A stretch of 63,238 nt of DNA, the filler included, from Salisapilia sapeloensis CBS 127946 (lineage: Eukaryota; Protista; Oomycota): NCBI GenBank assembly GCA_023334545.1. It is 10 parts of 10 records of this genome, joined end to end, with 100 filler letters (N's around TTAATTAATTAA, not from the genome) between each part and the next. Parts side by side here need not be neighbours in the genome. Positions count along the whole stretch, not along the records: positions 16,886 to 28,928 come from JAADVB010000420.1; positions 29,029 to 36,310 come from JAADVB010000522.1; 8 more parts are not named here. One strand, written 5' to 3'. The notes below the pieces were generated by a model. That model did no database searches. It worked only from the letters and a program-made list of their open reading frames with translations, and was not told the origin of the DNA. How positions within the stretch are numbered: position 1 is the first letter of the stretch; each line of letters starts with the position of its first letter. A program made the translations under genes and the position numbers. Below, piece after piece: positions 22,136 through 33,291 of the stretch.

Positions 22136-24205
22136 ATGACGCTGCTACGAGCCCATACGCTCGTGCGTCGAGGCGTGCGTGCTGCAATCGCTACGCCACA
22201 GCGATTTCAGCGCCAACAACCAGCATCATTTGCTTTTCGTCAATCTGAATGGAAATCGTCATGGTTGCCTCGAGGCATTGCATCCTTCTCCACTTCGGAC
22301 AATAAGACTGAAGAGAAGAAAGACCCGGCTCAATTGACTCCACCACCAGGCAATAATAAAGAGATCTTGAGTTTCCTCATGCGCCAGTTGTGGCCGAAGG
22401 ATGCACCGGATGCAAAGGAAGTTAAGCAGAAAGTTGTGCTGTCTGCGCTCCTCGTGCTCGCGTCCAAAGGGCTTACGATCGAAGTGCCATATATTTTCAA
22501 GTACTTAGTCGACACAATGGGTCAGATCGATCCTGCTGTCGTAGTAGACAATCCAGCCCTTGCTGTCCCGGCCGCCATGGTCATTGGGTACGGTGCTGCT
22601 CGCTTCGGTGCGAATGCTTCATCAGAATTGTCGAATGCTATTTTCTCAACTGTCGCTCAGAAGACTATTCGTAAAGTAGCCATTCGCGTCTTTCGTCATT
22701 TGCACAACATGGACATCAAGTTCCATTTAGATCGTCAGACAGGTGCCTTGTCTCGCGTTATTGACCGTGGCTCTCGTTCCATCGACTTTGTACTTCGATC
22801 GATGGCTTTCCGTATCGCTCCTACGCTTCTAGAGATCGGACTAGTAGGTGGCATCATGGCGCAAAGCTTTGGTCCGAGCTTTGCTGCGGTAACCTTGGGC
22901 ACCGTCGGCACGTACGGAGCCTTTACGTTCATCGTGACGCAATGGCGTGATGAAATTCGTCGAGACATGAATCGACTGGAAAATGAGGCAGGAGCAAAGG
23001 TCATTGACTCGCTCATGAACTACGAGACAGTCAAGCTATTCAACAACGAGACGCACGAAGCGAATCGCTACGATGAATCTCTAAAGGGATACCAGCAAGC
23101 TGCGTTAAAGACACAGACATCCCTCTCTTTCTTAAATGGTGGCCAACAAGCCATCTTCAGTGTCGGACTTACAGCCATCATGTACATGGCATCACAAGGT
23201 ATCGCCGCTGGGAATCTAACAGTCGGTGACCTCGTCCTCGTCAACGGTCTACTCTTCCAGTTGTCCATCCCGCTAAACTTTATCGGTAGTGTCTACCGCG
23301 AAGTACGCCAATCTATCACGGACATGGAGGCCATGTTCGCGCTTGGGTCCGTGCGTTCGAACATGCCAGTGGCAGCGAATCCTATTCCGTTAGATATGAG
23401 CAAACCCAAGTCGATTGAATTCCAAGACGTTGAGTTTGCGTATCGACCTGGATCGCCGATTCTGAACAAGACTTCGTTCAAAGTGGCAGCAGGTAAGACG
23501 ACTGCGATTGTCGGTACAAGTGGATCCGGCAAGTCGACTGTCTTAAGACTGCTCTATCGATTCTATGATCCTGAGAATGGACGTGTGCTCGTGGACGGAC
23601 ATGACATCCGAGACTTGGACACGGACCAACTGCGTCAGTGCATCGGTGTCGTCCCGCAGGACACAGTGCTGTTCAATGACACGATCTACTACAACATCAA
23701 TTACGGCAGATTGGATGCGACTAAGGAAGAGGTGCTTGAAGCTGCTCGAGCTTCCCAAATTCACAAATCGATCGAGATCTTCCCAGATGGGTACAACACG
23801 CGTGTCGGTGAGCGCGGTCTCAAGCTTTCTGGCGGTGAGAAGCAGCGAGTCAGCATCGCACGTGCAATGCTCAAGGATGCACCTGTGATTTTCTTTGATG
23901 AAGCTACTAGTGCCCTAGACTCCCAAACAGAGTCTCAGATCGTGCAAGAGTTCCAAGCTCTGACATCGGATAAGACAGCCATTATGATTGCCCATCGACT
24001 GTCCACGATCAAGGAAGCAGATGAGATTATTGTGCTAGATAAAGGTCAAGTGGCCGAGCAAGGTACACACACGGAACTGTTGCAACGACCTGGTGGCGTC
24101 TATGCCGAGATGTGGGCGAGACAGAATTATACGGCACAGGATTTGCTAGGGTCTTCTGACACGGACTTTGAGACGGAAGAAAGTGAAGATGAGCCAAAGC
24201 AGTAG
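22136..24205 (+). CDS. ATM1: Mitochondrial ABC half-transporter of the Atm1/ABCB7 family (Fe-S/glutathione export)
   Basis: Arg-rich transit peptide, [59 protein letters not shown] and IAHRLST. Confidence 0.95.
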   Translation: MTLLRAHTLVRRGVRAAIATPQRFQRQQPASFAFRQSEWKSSWLPRGIASFSTSDNKTEEKKDPAQLTPPPGNNKEILSFLMRQLWPKDAPDAKEVKQKVVLSALLVLASKGLTIEVPYIFKYLVDTMGQIDPAVVVDNPALAVPAAMVIGYGAARFGANASSELSNAIFSTVAQKTIRKVAIRVFRHLHNMDIKFHLDRQTGALSRVIDRGSRSIDFVLRSMAFRIAPTLLEIGLVGGIMAQSFGPSFAAVTLGTVGTYGAFTFIVTQWRDEIRRDMNRLENEAGAKVIDSLMNYETVKLFNNETHEANRYDESLKGYQQAALKTQTSLSFLNGGQQAIFSVGLTAIMYMASQGIAAGNLTVGDLVLVNGLLFQLSIPLNFIGSVYREVRQSITDMEAMFALGSVRSNMPVAANPIPLDMSKPKSIEFQDVEFAYRPGSPILNKTSFKVAAGKTTAIVGTSGSGKSTVLRLLYRFYDPENGRVLVDGHDIRDLDTDQLRQCIGVVPQDTVLFNDTIYYNINYGRLDATKEEVLEAARASQIHKSIEIFPDGYNTRVGERGLKLSGGEKQRVSIARAMLKDAPVIFFDEATSALDSQTESQIVQEFQALTSDKTAIMIAHRLSTIKEADEIIVLDKGQVAEQGTHTELLQRPGGVYAEMWARQNYTAQDLLGSSDTDFETEESEDEPKQ

Positions 24206-24514
24206 GATTTGGGTATGATATAGACGGGTGGCATAGAACTCAACATATTTGCAAATAATGGAAAGCGTTGAGGGCTTTGTTTTCTGGCACTACCTCGATT
24301 GGTTCAAAAGTAAATCCTAAAATAGGCAGATACATTCCGACTTTCAGAGGTGTACGATGCAATCCAAGTCAGATGAGCGAGGATCCATCGTTCTCCAGCG
24401 TCAGTCTTCTAATGTGTGTGGTAATTTCCAACCGTCTTCTATCAATTCCGTTTATTCACCTTGGACAGATAGCTCAGCGAAGCGCCTGTAGCTGGAAGGA
24501 GAGCTAGCATATCT

Positions 24515-25786
24515 ATGCATGCTGCAGATAAGAGATCAGGCTCATGCGTCTCTATTACGTCTACTTCCGGTACAGGTCATGCTGGAGGCTCCCATTCGAA
24601 TAACTTTGTTGAAATACAAGCTCTACAGAGGCAATTGGAGGACAAGACAAAACAGCTTCGGGCATCGGAGAAGGAGAGAGTTCGTTTATTGAGCGAAAAC
24701 GAAAAACTCAAGTTTCAACTATCAAGTTCGAAGCGACAGCCTCAATCGAAAGATATTGCTCGTCTCGAGCATGAACTGCGTGTGCTCAAAACGGTGGAAG
24801 TAGACATAAAAACTCAGTTAAAGAATGCTCAAAACGATTTATTGCGAAGCCAGGGAGATTTAAAAGATCGTGATGCCCGAATAAGCGATATGAAGAAAGA
24901 GTACAACGTGATATTTGGGGCACTGCAAAAGGCCAAGCAGAGTCAAGACCAGCAAGCTGAAAATCAAATGCGGAAGCAAGCGCATCGTAAAGCTTCACTG
25001 ATTACCATTCCACGAACACCAAGTGTTGGATCTTTGGTTTCTCTTTCAAGCGTAATTGAAGGACATTCACCGATGAAAGACTCGACCAGAGAGCACATGA
25101 TAGCCGGCTCATTCGAAGAAAATCCTTTCGTCGTGAATGAGTATAAAGCTCGCATCCTTGAGCTAGAACAAACGGTCGATCTTCTGCACCTACGTATCCG
25201 AAAGATGATCGCAACTGAATCAAAATTTAAGCGCACAAAAGATCAACTGCACGTCGAGAGATCCCAATTAATGGAAAGATGCGGTAAGTTGGAGCACGCT
25301 TTGGATACGAGTGTGCGTTCGAATGCACAGTCACTGGCCGTCCATGAAAGACGACTTAGCATACACTTAGGAGAGAAACATGAAAGCAAAGTAAAAGGAA
25401 ATGAAGACTACAAAGCCTTGAAACGAAATAAAATGGGCTCTACTACGGAAGATGAGCTGAAAAAGTTAAGGCAGCGAAATAACTTTTTAGAAGAACGATT
25501 TCGATCCACAGATAGTGCTTCATCTCTACTTGTGTCGAAACCTGTGTTGCTGCATCAACGAGGATCACTTGCCAACACGAATGACGAAGAAGCTGTTAAG
25601 GGCTTGGAGGATATTCAAAATAATGGTATCGCTGCGATAAATCAACAGGAAGAGAGATACAGCCCAAATCTTCAAGATTATGAAGCTGATTCTGAAGTGA
25701 ATGCGAAACTAGACAAATCAACTTTACAGAGTCTATCGCAAGTGAAACAATCTCACCGGATAAAGTCAAAAGTAGGCTACTATTAA
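24515..25786 (+). CDS. Hypothetical coiled-coil protein
   Basis: 423-aa ORF rich in heptad L/E/K/Q runs; no domain recognised. Confidence 0.7.
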   Translation: MHAADKRSGSCVSITSTSGTGHAGGSHSNNFVEIQALQRQLEDKTKQLRASEKERVRLLSENEKLKFQLSSSKRQPQSKDIARLEHELRVLKTVEVDIKTQLKNAQNDLLRSQGDLKDRDARISDMKKEYNVIFGALQKAKQSQDQQAENQMRKQAHRKASLITIPRTPSVGSLVSLSSVIEGHSPMKDSTREHMIAGSFEENPFVVNEYKARILELEQTVDLLHLRIRKMIATESKFKRTKDQLHVERSQLMERCGKLEHALDTSVRSNAQSLAVHERRLSIHLGEKHESKVKGNEDYKALKRNKMGSTTEDELKKLRQRNNFLEERFRSTDSASSLLVSKPVLLHQRGSLANTNDEEAVKGLEDIQNNGIAAINQQEERYSPNLQDYEADSEVNAKLDKSTLQSLSQVKQSHRIKSKVGYY

Positions 25787-26871
25787 AAATGCACTTTCCA
25801 ATATTGTGAGTGTCGTCCTATCTTGAAGCATGGAAATTGCTTCTAGCTTTCTTGACGAAAGAACATTGCTAAAGCAAGTAGCTCTCTGCAGTGGCTATAG
25901 CCACTTTCGGCAAGCCACAAGTGAAAGTGAAGTAGGATACCCAACTCCCACAACATAATCTTTGCCCCAACTATGATGCGCGGGAATTTTGCACGCGGAT
26001 AAACCTGAAACTTATGCCAACCTGACAAAGTCGTCAAGCTATAATCATAGCTATAATGAACTACTAATTCATTGTGATATGCGAGAGCAGTGCATCGGAT
26101 TTAGTGCATCCAAATTTATCTTTTAAATGAAAGAGCTCATCTCGCTCTCAATGGAAACCTCTTCTTCGAGTTATAGTCCCACAACTTCCTATCTTGGGCA
26201 CTCCAAGTTTCCATTCGTACTACAGAAAAAATTTTAGCGCGCCGGAGAAGGGTAAAAACTCGTATGCCGCAACGTATGCCGATGAAGAAAATTCAAGTTT
26301 AGCTTCTTTCCACTCCGATCAGTTTATGCTAACGCGATCTGCGCTAATACAGCTGAAAACACCGTCGAAAATGGGCTACTGAAGTGGATCGAAGATAACG
26401 CAATAAGCATGTTTTTTGCTGAATGCAGTAGATTAGAAGGAAATTGAAATGTTCTCATTAGAAATCGTCATGGAATTTGTGGCCTTCTCTTCGGTCGACG
26501 TCAATACGGTTCAGCATGTAGAAGTAAAAGATAGGAACAAGCAAATCTCCAATATGCCAAACATTTTAAACGCTATTTCCCCTGGATGTGGGAATGGACA
26601 GACAGCTATGGTGCATTCAGGTTGCTGAAACTACCTTGACAAAGCTGCTACGTGAAAAGAGAGCATAGCAAGTTGTTTTGATTAATCCTTCCTTGCCAGT
26701 CTGCCCTTGCCATTGTCAGATATCTTGAGACACTTTCACGTACGGGTACAAAAGTATTCGTATAACGGATTGCATTCATCTTAGTCTACACTTCGAGTCG
26801 AATCTGTTGTTGGAAGATATAAATCACTAGTAAATATATAACACGCCCATCATGCAAGGTCTTGCAAACGC

Positions 26872-27891
26872 CTATAGAGATGTTGTTCGTGGCTGCTGCA
26901 AGTTAATGCTCATCCGTCGAAAGGTGAGCACAAGTGGTCTCGGTGCGACTTCTAACGCTTGCATCGCCTTTTCAAAACCGACTTCGGCGACATCCCAATT
27001 GTTGATACAAAGCAGCCAGTCGCCAGGTGTCACTTTGCCTTCCAACTGTAGCCCATCTCCATCTTCTGCATCTTCCTTGATGGACTTGACTACTGGAAAA
27101 GAAGAGCTCCTCTTCATCGTAGGACGATCGAGGTCTGTATCGACATCGCTTGTATCAGAGTCCGACTCGCGTATTACTGGTGCGATGACGCGCTCAAATT
27201 TTAAACCGACATCTCCGTCTTCCTCTGTCAGAAATACATAGGATAAGTATTTCTCGACATTCTTTCGCTGTTTTTTTCGTCTCATACGAAGCACAATGGA
27301 GCGACGGCGTGTGCTAGAAGGCGGGTAATGAGGCATCTCGGTCGAAATTGGCCATCGGAACTCGAGTTTTGCAGGTCGACACCCGTTCTCGACCACGTCT
27401 AATACTTGCTCCAAAGATTCCATGTCAGCCGTCGCTTGGCCGTTGACACGCACGAGAAGGTCTCCTTCGTTTACGTAGTGCATGCCAGGAAGCGACTCAT
27501 TGCTCTTGCTTGTGTCTTCTACACGAGGCAGGCCAGTGTATTCACATAAGACAAAGTCGAGCCCGACGCTAGTTCCATTCCATACGTAGACGGAGAATGG
27601 CGCAGGTAGTGGCTCTGATGCACTCTGTTCGTTCGGAGCATTCAAAATTGGAACGGTACCGAGAGATGCATCCGCAGAAGCACCTCTGCAGTGACTTGTC
27701 GACGCAGGCAGAGACGGTTCTTCTTCCGAAGAGGACACGGTCGAGGTAGAAGATGGACTGCGCCAGAACGAAAATGGGCGCATAAAAGACTGGATGCCAT
27801 AGGCAGAAGCATGCTTCGGGGCAGCATCGAACTTGCTAACGCACCACGGTTCGCTCGTCGGTTCTGCAATCGAAGCACTCATGATATTCAT
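26872..27891 (-). CDS. Protein with two PDZ-like segments
   Basis: VGLDF...VNEGDLLVRVNG...RPAKLEFR and VGLKFE...VTPGDWLLCINN...RPLVLTFRR resemble PDZ folds. Confidence 0.65.
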   Translation of the reverse strand: MNIMSASIAEPTSEPWCVSKFDAAPKHASAYGIQSFMRPFSFWRSPSSTSTVSSSEEEPSLPASTSHCRGASADASLGTVPILNAPNEQSASEPLPAPFSVYVWNGTSVGLDFVLCEYTGLPRVEDTSKSNESLPGMHYVNEGDLLVRVNGQATADMESLEQVLDVVENGCRPAKLEFRWPISTEMPHYPPSSTRRRSIVLRMRRKKQRKNVEKYLSYVFLTEEDGDVGLKFERVIAPVIRESDSDTSDVDTDLDRPTMKRSSSFPVVKSIKEDAEDGDGLQLEGKVTPGDWLLCINNWDVAEVGFEKAMQALEVAPRPLVLTFRRMSINLQQPRTTSL

Positions 27892-28763
27892 CGCAGTACT
27901 TCACTCGAGCTGTTCTCCACGTGGATGAAATCGAAGAATGAAGCGGTCCATCGAATTTAGATTGGGAGCAATTGCTGATACCATATGATCGCCCTAGGTA
28001 GGTAGTGGCTGCGGTCCACGCCGGGGTATGGTGTTTACTGAGGGCCATGACATGGTGCAGACCTAGGTTTCCATTTATGTCGTTTGACACCCACGGTCGA
28101 CGACTGGCGGACGACTAACGCACGATATCTGGCACATGTATGAAATCGACCTCAAATGAGTTTTCTCCCATGTGCTCGTCGACGCATCGTGTAGCCAACA
28201 TTTTTTTGTCGGGAATCACTTCGCTTCGGACTGTTGTACCTATCACGTCAGACTAGCTGCGTTCAAGGAAGTGAATGACAAGGTTTTAGGTAGCCTTCTG
28301 TTCTCCATTTCGATGGAGATGCATATTCTATCGGTTGTCATCAACTGCATAAACATTCTTGATTTGAATGAGACGGTGGGCTCGAACTATGATACGGACG
28401 GCATTCATACGGAAGATCCGTTGGAGCTGCAGACGGAGAGAATTCGGCTAATACCGCCAAGAACCAAGGATCAAAACTCGTGCGGTGTTGATGCATCCGC
28501 CATTCATCCCAAGTGTCCGGTATGAAAGATCCATCCATGAACAAAGTACAAGCGAGACTGGAGAATATGGAACTTGCCAAAGTGGATCTTCCGGGGAGTG
28601 AAGAGCTCTTCCATTGTCTCGACCTGTTGACAATTAAGAATGCAAATCCAAATATAGAACTCGTTAAAACAAAGAGTAATTGTAGAAGCTACCAAGGTTT
28701 ATATTCGGAAGATTAAAGCAAGAGCTGGCTTGCTTATTGACATTCACTACCAAAAATGTTCGT

Positions 28764-28928
28764 CTACACATTGTTTCCATTGATAGACTGGTAACCTTCA
28801 CGACGCTGGCGGACGATCTTGAAAATCACGTACGCGACGACCACGACCGTGTCGATGGCAATGACCACCAGCAGAACGTAGAGCCACAGGAACGGAATCA
28901 CCATCGGCTCCGACGGGCGCGGCAGGCC
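28764..28928 (-). CDS. 3' end of an unknown single-pass membrane protein (5' part hidden in gap 2)
   Basis: The reverse frame reads GLPRPSEPMVIPFLWLYVLLVVIAIDTVVVVAYVIFKIVRQRREGYQSINGNNV*: a TM helix, a basic stop-transfer and a YxxI tail, in GC-rich codons. Confidence 0.65.
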   Translation of the reverse strand, partial: GLPRPSEPMVIPFLWLYVLLVVIAIDTVVVVAYVIFKIVRQRREGYQSINGNNV

Positions 28929-29028
28929 NNNNNNNNNNNNNNNNNNNNNNNNNNNNNNNNNNNNNNNNNNNNTTAATTAATTAANNNNNNNNNNNNNNNN
29001 NNNNNNNNNNNNNNNNNNNNNNNNNNNN
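28929..29028. other. Assembly gap spacer 2
   Basis: Same 100-nt linker. Confidence 0.97.
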
Positions 29029-29217
29029 CGAGATCGATCCGCTGCACACGACGTGCGCTCGCTTCGCTTCAAAGTCCACCACAGCCGACACCACTCCATC
29101 GAGACTCCGGAGGGCATTCTGGACGGTCGTGCCACAATTCTTCATGCACATCATCCCTTCCACCGCGAGTGTGGTAACTCGCGTAGCTGGCTCGGTAAGC
29201 CTTCTCGAAGCGGCCAT
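29029..29217 (-). CDS. N-terminal heavy-metal-associated (HMA) domain, probably the start of a P1B Cu-ATPase; truncated by gap 2
   Basis: TLAVEGMMCMKNCGTTVQNALRSLDGVVSAVVDFEAKRAHV fits the HMA pattern. Confidence 0.75.
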
Positions 29218-30037
29218 CACGATTGTTCTCCAACGGCGCGAAAATTATGATGTGAAAGAAATTGACATCTTGTTCAGCACGACCATCTGTATGTTTAGAA
29301 GTGTGCATCGAAATAGAGGATGGGATGATCAGCGATTGCTGTGTAAGAGATGCAGTTGTTTAGAAGCAGTATTGTGTTGATTTGAAGAGCAGTAGCAGTA
29401 ACGCTAACAATGGATAGTATCATGGTACTCTACACGCAGTTGGTCTTGCTTAGATAGAACGGCACCACGCTTTTGAGTTGACGGTGGACCATTTACTATC
29501 CAGTTACTGCTCAGTTAGATACCACTTAGGAGGAGCCTGAAAAGACGGAATAGTCATGGTAGAAAACGTCATCAAGATGGTATCGAAAGTAATTTGCAAG
29601 AACGAAGCAGCTATTTTAAGTTCCGCGACGGTTTAGCTTGTCTTGGTTGGAAAGAATGCCAGTAGTTTTTCTTTCAGCAATGACCGTGTACCACCACCTT
29701 GATTACTCAGCCAAGTAGAATACGCCAATTTCATAGCGTAATAGGCGTAGCTTCAACTACTTCTCTCTACCAACAATTTGTCCTTCGCATTATACAAATC
29801 CGTTGGAGATGCTAGAGGCTTTCGTTCAGACGAGAGTTCTCATTTTCATACGCTTAAGTGACCAAACGATCTTGTAAAATATGCAATTACGAAGATGGAG
29901 TGGTAACCTAGGTCGGACATGGAAGCAAAGGCAGTGGCACAATTTTATTCTTTGTATGGGCATGCATCTTTGAAATTGCGAGTTGCACACGTTCATGATG
30001 CCGATGATCTAATCAGAAAGAGATCCACTTGTTTTAC

Positions 30038-31273
30038 TCAAGCAGTGTTTTCGGCGTCACGCAACTTTTTCAGGCGACCAACAAACTCTTGATGGTCGAC
30101 GTAGCATCCTTCAAGGATACGCTTCGTGTTCTTGGCATTATAACCGTTTCGACCGTGAAGCATGCGGATGTTATTGAAAACGATCATTTCACCAGCTTTG
30201 AGGCGAAAGTCGAGCAAGTTTTCTTTCGACCGAGTCTCTTTCGCGAAGAGCTGCACAGCCTTGTGTGTTTTTTCAACTTCTTCAGGAGATCCTTCAAGTG
30301 GAGCGATGAGAGACTGGTTGAAGCGAATCTCACACACCTTGCCGTCGTTGTCCAAGTTGATGACCGGACCGTCGTATTTGTACCACTGAGGACTCGCCTT
30401 GCTGGAGAAGACATGTTTGACGTCCTTTGTGCTCAGGTAATCGAACGCTTCTGGGTCCTCTCGACGGATCTTTTCAGCAACTTGAAAGCCATCTACAATA
30501 GTAGATTCACCACCGACCATCGTGTCTGCTGTAAACTCTTTGAAGTGGAGCAGCTGGACACCAGGTTGGGAATTACTGAAAACCAAGTCAGTGTGTGGGA
30601 AGAGAGCAGCACCGGTCAAGGAAAGCGATGCAGGATCTGGGATATCCTTCACGTCCCATGAGCCTTCTCCCCAGAAAGAATTACGAATGATGGAGATACG
30701 GCGTCCGACTTCCTCGCAGCGCCCGTCTCCAGCTGGCACATTTTCAACAATGCTAAAGCCGTACTTATCTACCATTTCAAGCCATGCTTTCGTGCCTCTG
30801 GTGCTACCCATGACCTCGTCATAAGCTATGCGAGGAAGGCTTGAAAGTTCCCTCTTTATATCAGCAACGTTCCACAGACGTTCTGCGTGTTCTTTTGGCT
30901 TGTTGTCTACCTCCAATCCCGCGTATTTAGCCAGGAAGTCAGACGAGTACGTGGAAGCGTGGTTGTCTGTCGTATTCCATACGATTTCCAGACCCTTGTC
31001 AGCAGTTACCTTGACCGACTTGGGCTGTATATCGAGCGGGATGGAGCTTGAATCCAAGATACGTTCTTCAGCAACGTCATGGTAACACTCTGAGCAGCGG
31101 CAGTTGTCGCGGAGCCAAGCGTTGTGGAAAGCGTGCTGGTATTTGTCATCAAACTTCAGGTCTACCCTGTTTTCAACAGCATGGGCCTCACTGACGGTAG
31201 TGGTGGAAGTAAAGCGAGATAATGCAGCTCTGGAAGCAAACTTCTTACAAGAAAGAGCTATTTGACGTAGCAT
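30038..31273 (-). CDS. Gamma-butyrobetaine/trimethyllysine-type 2-oxoglutarate-Fe(II) dioxygenase (TauD clan), mitochondrial-type leader
   Basis: WLRDNCRCSECYH zinc motif, PHTD, GGESTIVDGF, NNIRMLHGR and RILEGCYVD. Confidence 0.9.
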   Translation of the reverse strand: MLRQIALSCKKFASRAALSRFTSTTTVSEAHAVENRVDLKFDDKYQHAFHNAWLRDNCRCSECYHDVAEERILDSSSIPLDIQPKSVKVTADKGLEIVWNTTDNHASTYSSDFLAKYAGLEVDNKPKEHAERLWNVADIKRELSSLPRIAYDEVMGSTRGTKAWLEMVDKYGFSIVENVPAGDGRCEEVGRRISIIRNSFWGEGSWDVKDIPDPASLSLTGAALFPHTDLVFSNSQPGVQLLHFKEFTADTMVGGESTIVDGFQVAEKIRREDPEAFDYLSTKDVKHVFSSKASPQWYKYDGPVINLDNDGKVCEIRFNQSLIAPLEGSPEEVEKTHKAVQLFAKETRSKENLLDFRLKAGEMIVFNNIRMLHGRNGYNAKNTKRILEGCYVDHQEFVGRLKKLRDAENTA

Positions 31274-31315
31274 ATTGTAATGGAATTCAAGCTGGGGTGC
31301 TGCTCAAAGGCCCGA

Positions 31316-31332
31316 GGCAAATTGAAAAATGG
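31316..31332 (-). promoter_or_regulatory. Oomycete Inr+FPR-like core promoter of the dioxygenase gene
   Basis: The minus strand reads CCATTTTTCAATTTGCC, ~43 nt upstream of the ATG at 31273. This matches the YCATTYY-N-CAWTTTNCY-type element known from Phytophthora. Confidence 0.6.
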
Positions 31333-33196
31333 TCCAAGGGATGAGCGTGCTTATTTATCCACTAGACTTTCGTTCCTTGAACTACCTAATGCCTGAGCTT
31401 TTCGATGCAAGGAGGCCTCTTCTACCACTCGACAGCTTGCAACTGGCACATCGATCGTAAAGTACAGGGTTTTCTATTATTGACCATTCATATCGCTCCT
31501 GGTGTATCGAAAAGCACAAGGTTGAGGTATCCCATGTGTACGCATATCGTAAAGCTCAGGTGCATCAATTACACTCGGCCAGCAAAAGGGATCAAGGAAT
31601 TTACGCATCATAGGCAGCAGGCATTTTCATTTGATATTACGTTCACAGGTAAATCTCTCATGCTATTCAATGAGTGGAGAGTACCGCGGATATGGATGAA
31701 GTTTAGACCACGCATATAAAGCAAGCACTAGGATTGGCTCAGCATGAAAGATTGAAGCCCATGACAGACATTGAACCAACAAGTCACATCCAAGCAACGT
31801 TACAGGTCATATCAAGTCAATACAGCTGGAGAATCTTTCGTCAGTTCCCTAGCTTGGTCAGATGAAAGGAAGCCTGTGCACAGCACATGCTTTGAGGTAT
31901 TTGTTATGTATGAGCATTCAATCCTTGAAGCATGTAACTTACCAAAGTTTCTACCAGCCCAGCTTTTTAACGCTAAGAATTTCCCACTCTTAAACTTGAA
32001 ACGTGTATGTTCAATCAAACTTCAATACAGATAGAGCTATCTTCCACTAGATTGGGTCGAAGTTTCCAACTTAGCGCATTAAATACTTAAACGAAAACAA
32101 GTACTATGAATATCTTTACGGACGCGCCGTTCTCTTCCTGTATGTGCAGAGAGGACTCTAGAATGAACATACACACGGTAGGCACTCTATAGATCATGGC
32201 TTTACAAGGAGTACGAAAGTTGGATGTCGTGATGACACGAAGGACGATACCGAAAAGCTCGAGGTTCAGACAAATTTCATATTGGGGCATCAAAAACTTC
32301 GAGGCTAAGACATATAATCGATGAGACTTCAACTGCAGGGACCCTATGACCCGAAAGGAGCTTCTACTGCATACTAGTCGCCTTGGAATAATTGCTAACA
32401 TATATTCAAATGCCAATGTGAATTTACGCGTGATTGAGGAAAATTTCTAGTCTAGTCACTTGGCTTAACAACACGCAAAGGATGGAGACAACATGTTCGA
32501 CCTCACTGATACATGACGTATATCGGCGTAGATTACCAAATGCTCATGCAGCTTTGGAGTAATGCTTACGGTGAAAATGGTGCGAGAATCAACTAATATA
32601 CTATAGAGTTGTATAGCAATCCATCGCTACCGGTTCTCTGTCCATCCACAGTATACTTAATTTCCTAAAGCTTTATAGAGATTTTTGGCACTCAGACATC
32701 ATCCAGCTTTGTGTTCGCTATGAATGCAACACAAATCAAACACGGCAATTTGACCGTGCAACACGGTTGACATTTCCTTTATATTGACTGTCCGCCAACT
32801 CAACTGACTACCAAGCTGTGGGCAAAGTTTGCCACGACCTTATAATTGAAGACAGTTTCCGTTCCATTCTAGTCACAACTTAACTCAAAATATTCAGTAG
32901 CCAGTAATCGAGCTGACAGTCTAGTCACACATCATAACGCAAATTCACTTCCCACATTACAGTTCTCACTTCGCCTATTGGGCATTCGTGGTACGAATCA
33001 AAGTTCTTGCATTGCATTGCATCTTAAGCTTTTTTCCAATCAGAGATATACCCTGAACTATCTGATAGCCCTTGTACTGTTTCTGGCTTATCTTCGCATA
33101 GACGAGCTCGATGTAGAAATTGGGCACAATGGATTCGAAGCTTAGCTCACTAGGTTTACCAAGTTTCTGAATGCTCTGATGAGAAATACACGTTTT

Positions 33197-33214
33197 TCAT
33201 TCCTCAATCTATCC
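33197..33214 (+). promoter_or_regulatory. Inr+FPR-like core promoter of the P5-ATPase gene
   Basis: TCATTCCTCAATCTATCC, ~80 nt upstream of the ATG at 33292. Confidence 0.45.
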
Positions 33215-33291
33215 ACGACTGAGCACGCACCGCCTACTCTCCGATTTGTCTATATCGACTCCCCAGTGGTTTCTTCGGAGTGCTGTCGAAA

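Noticed and set aside
28172-28716. Two overlapping short plus-strand ORFs that might be a frameshifted pseudogene
   Set aside because: No recognisable family or convincing splice model.
30029-30661. 210-aa plus-strand ORF opposite the dioxygenase
   Set aside because: Antisense shadow ORF.
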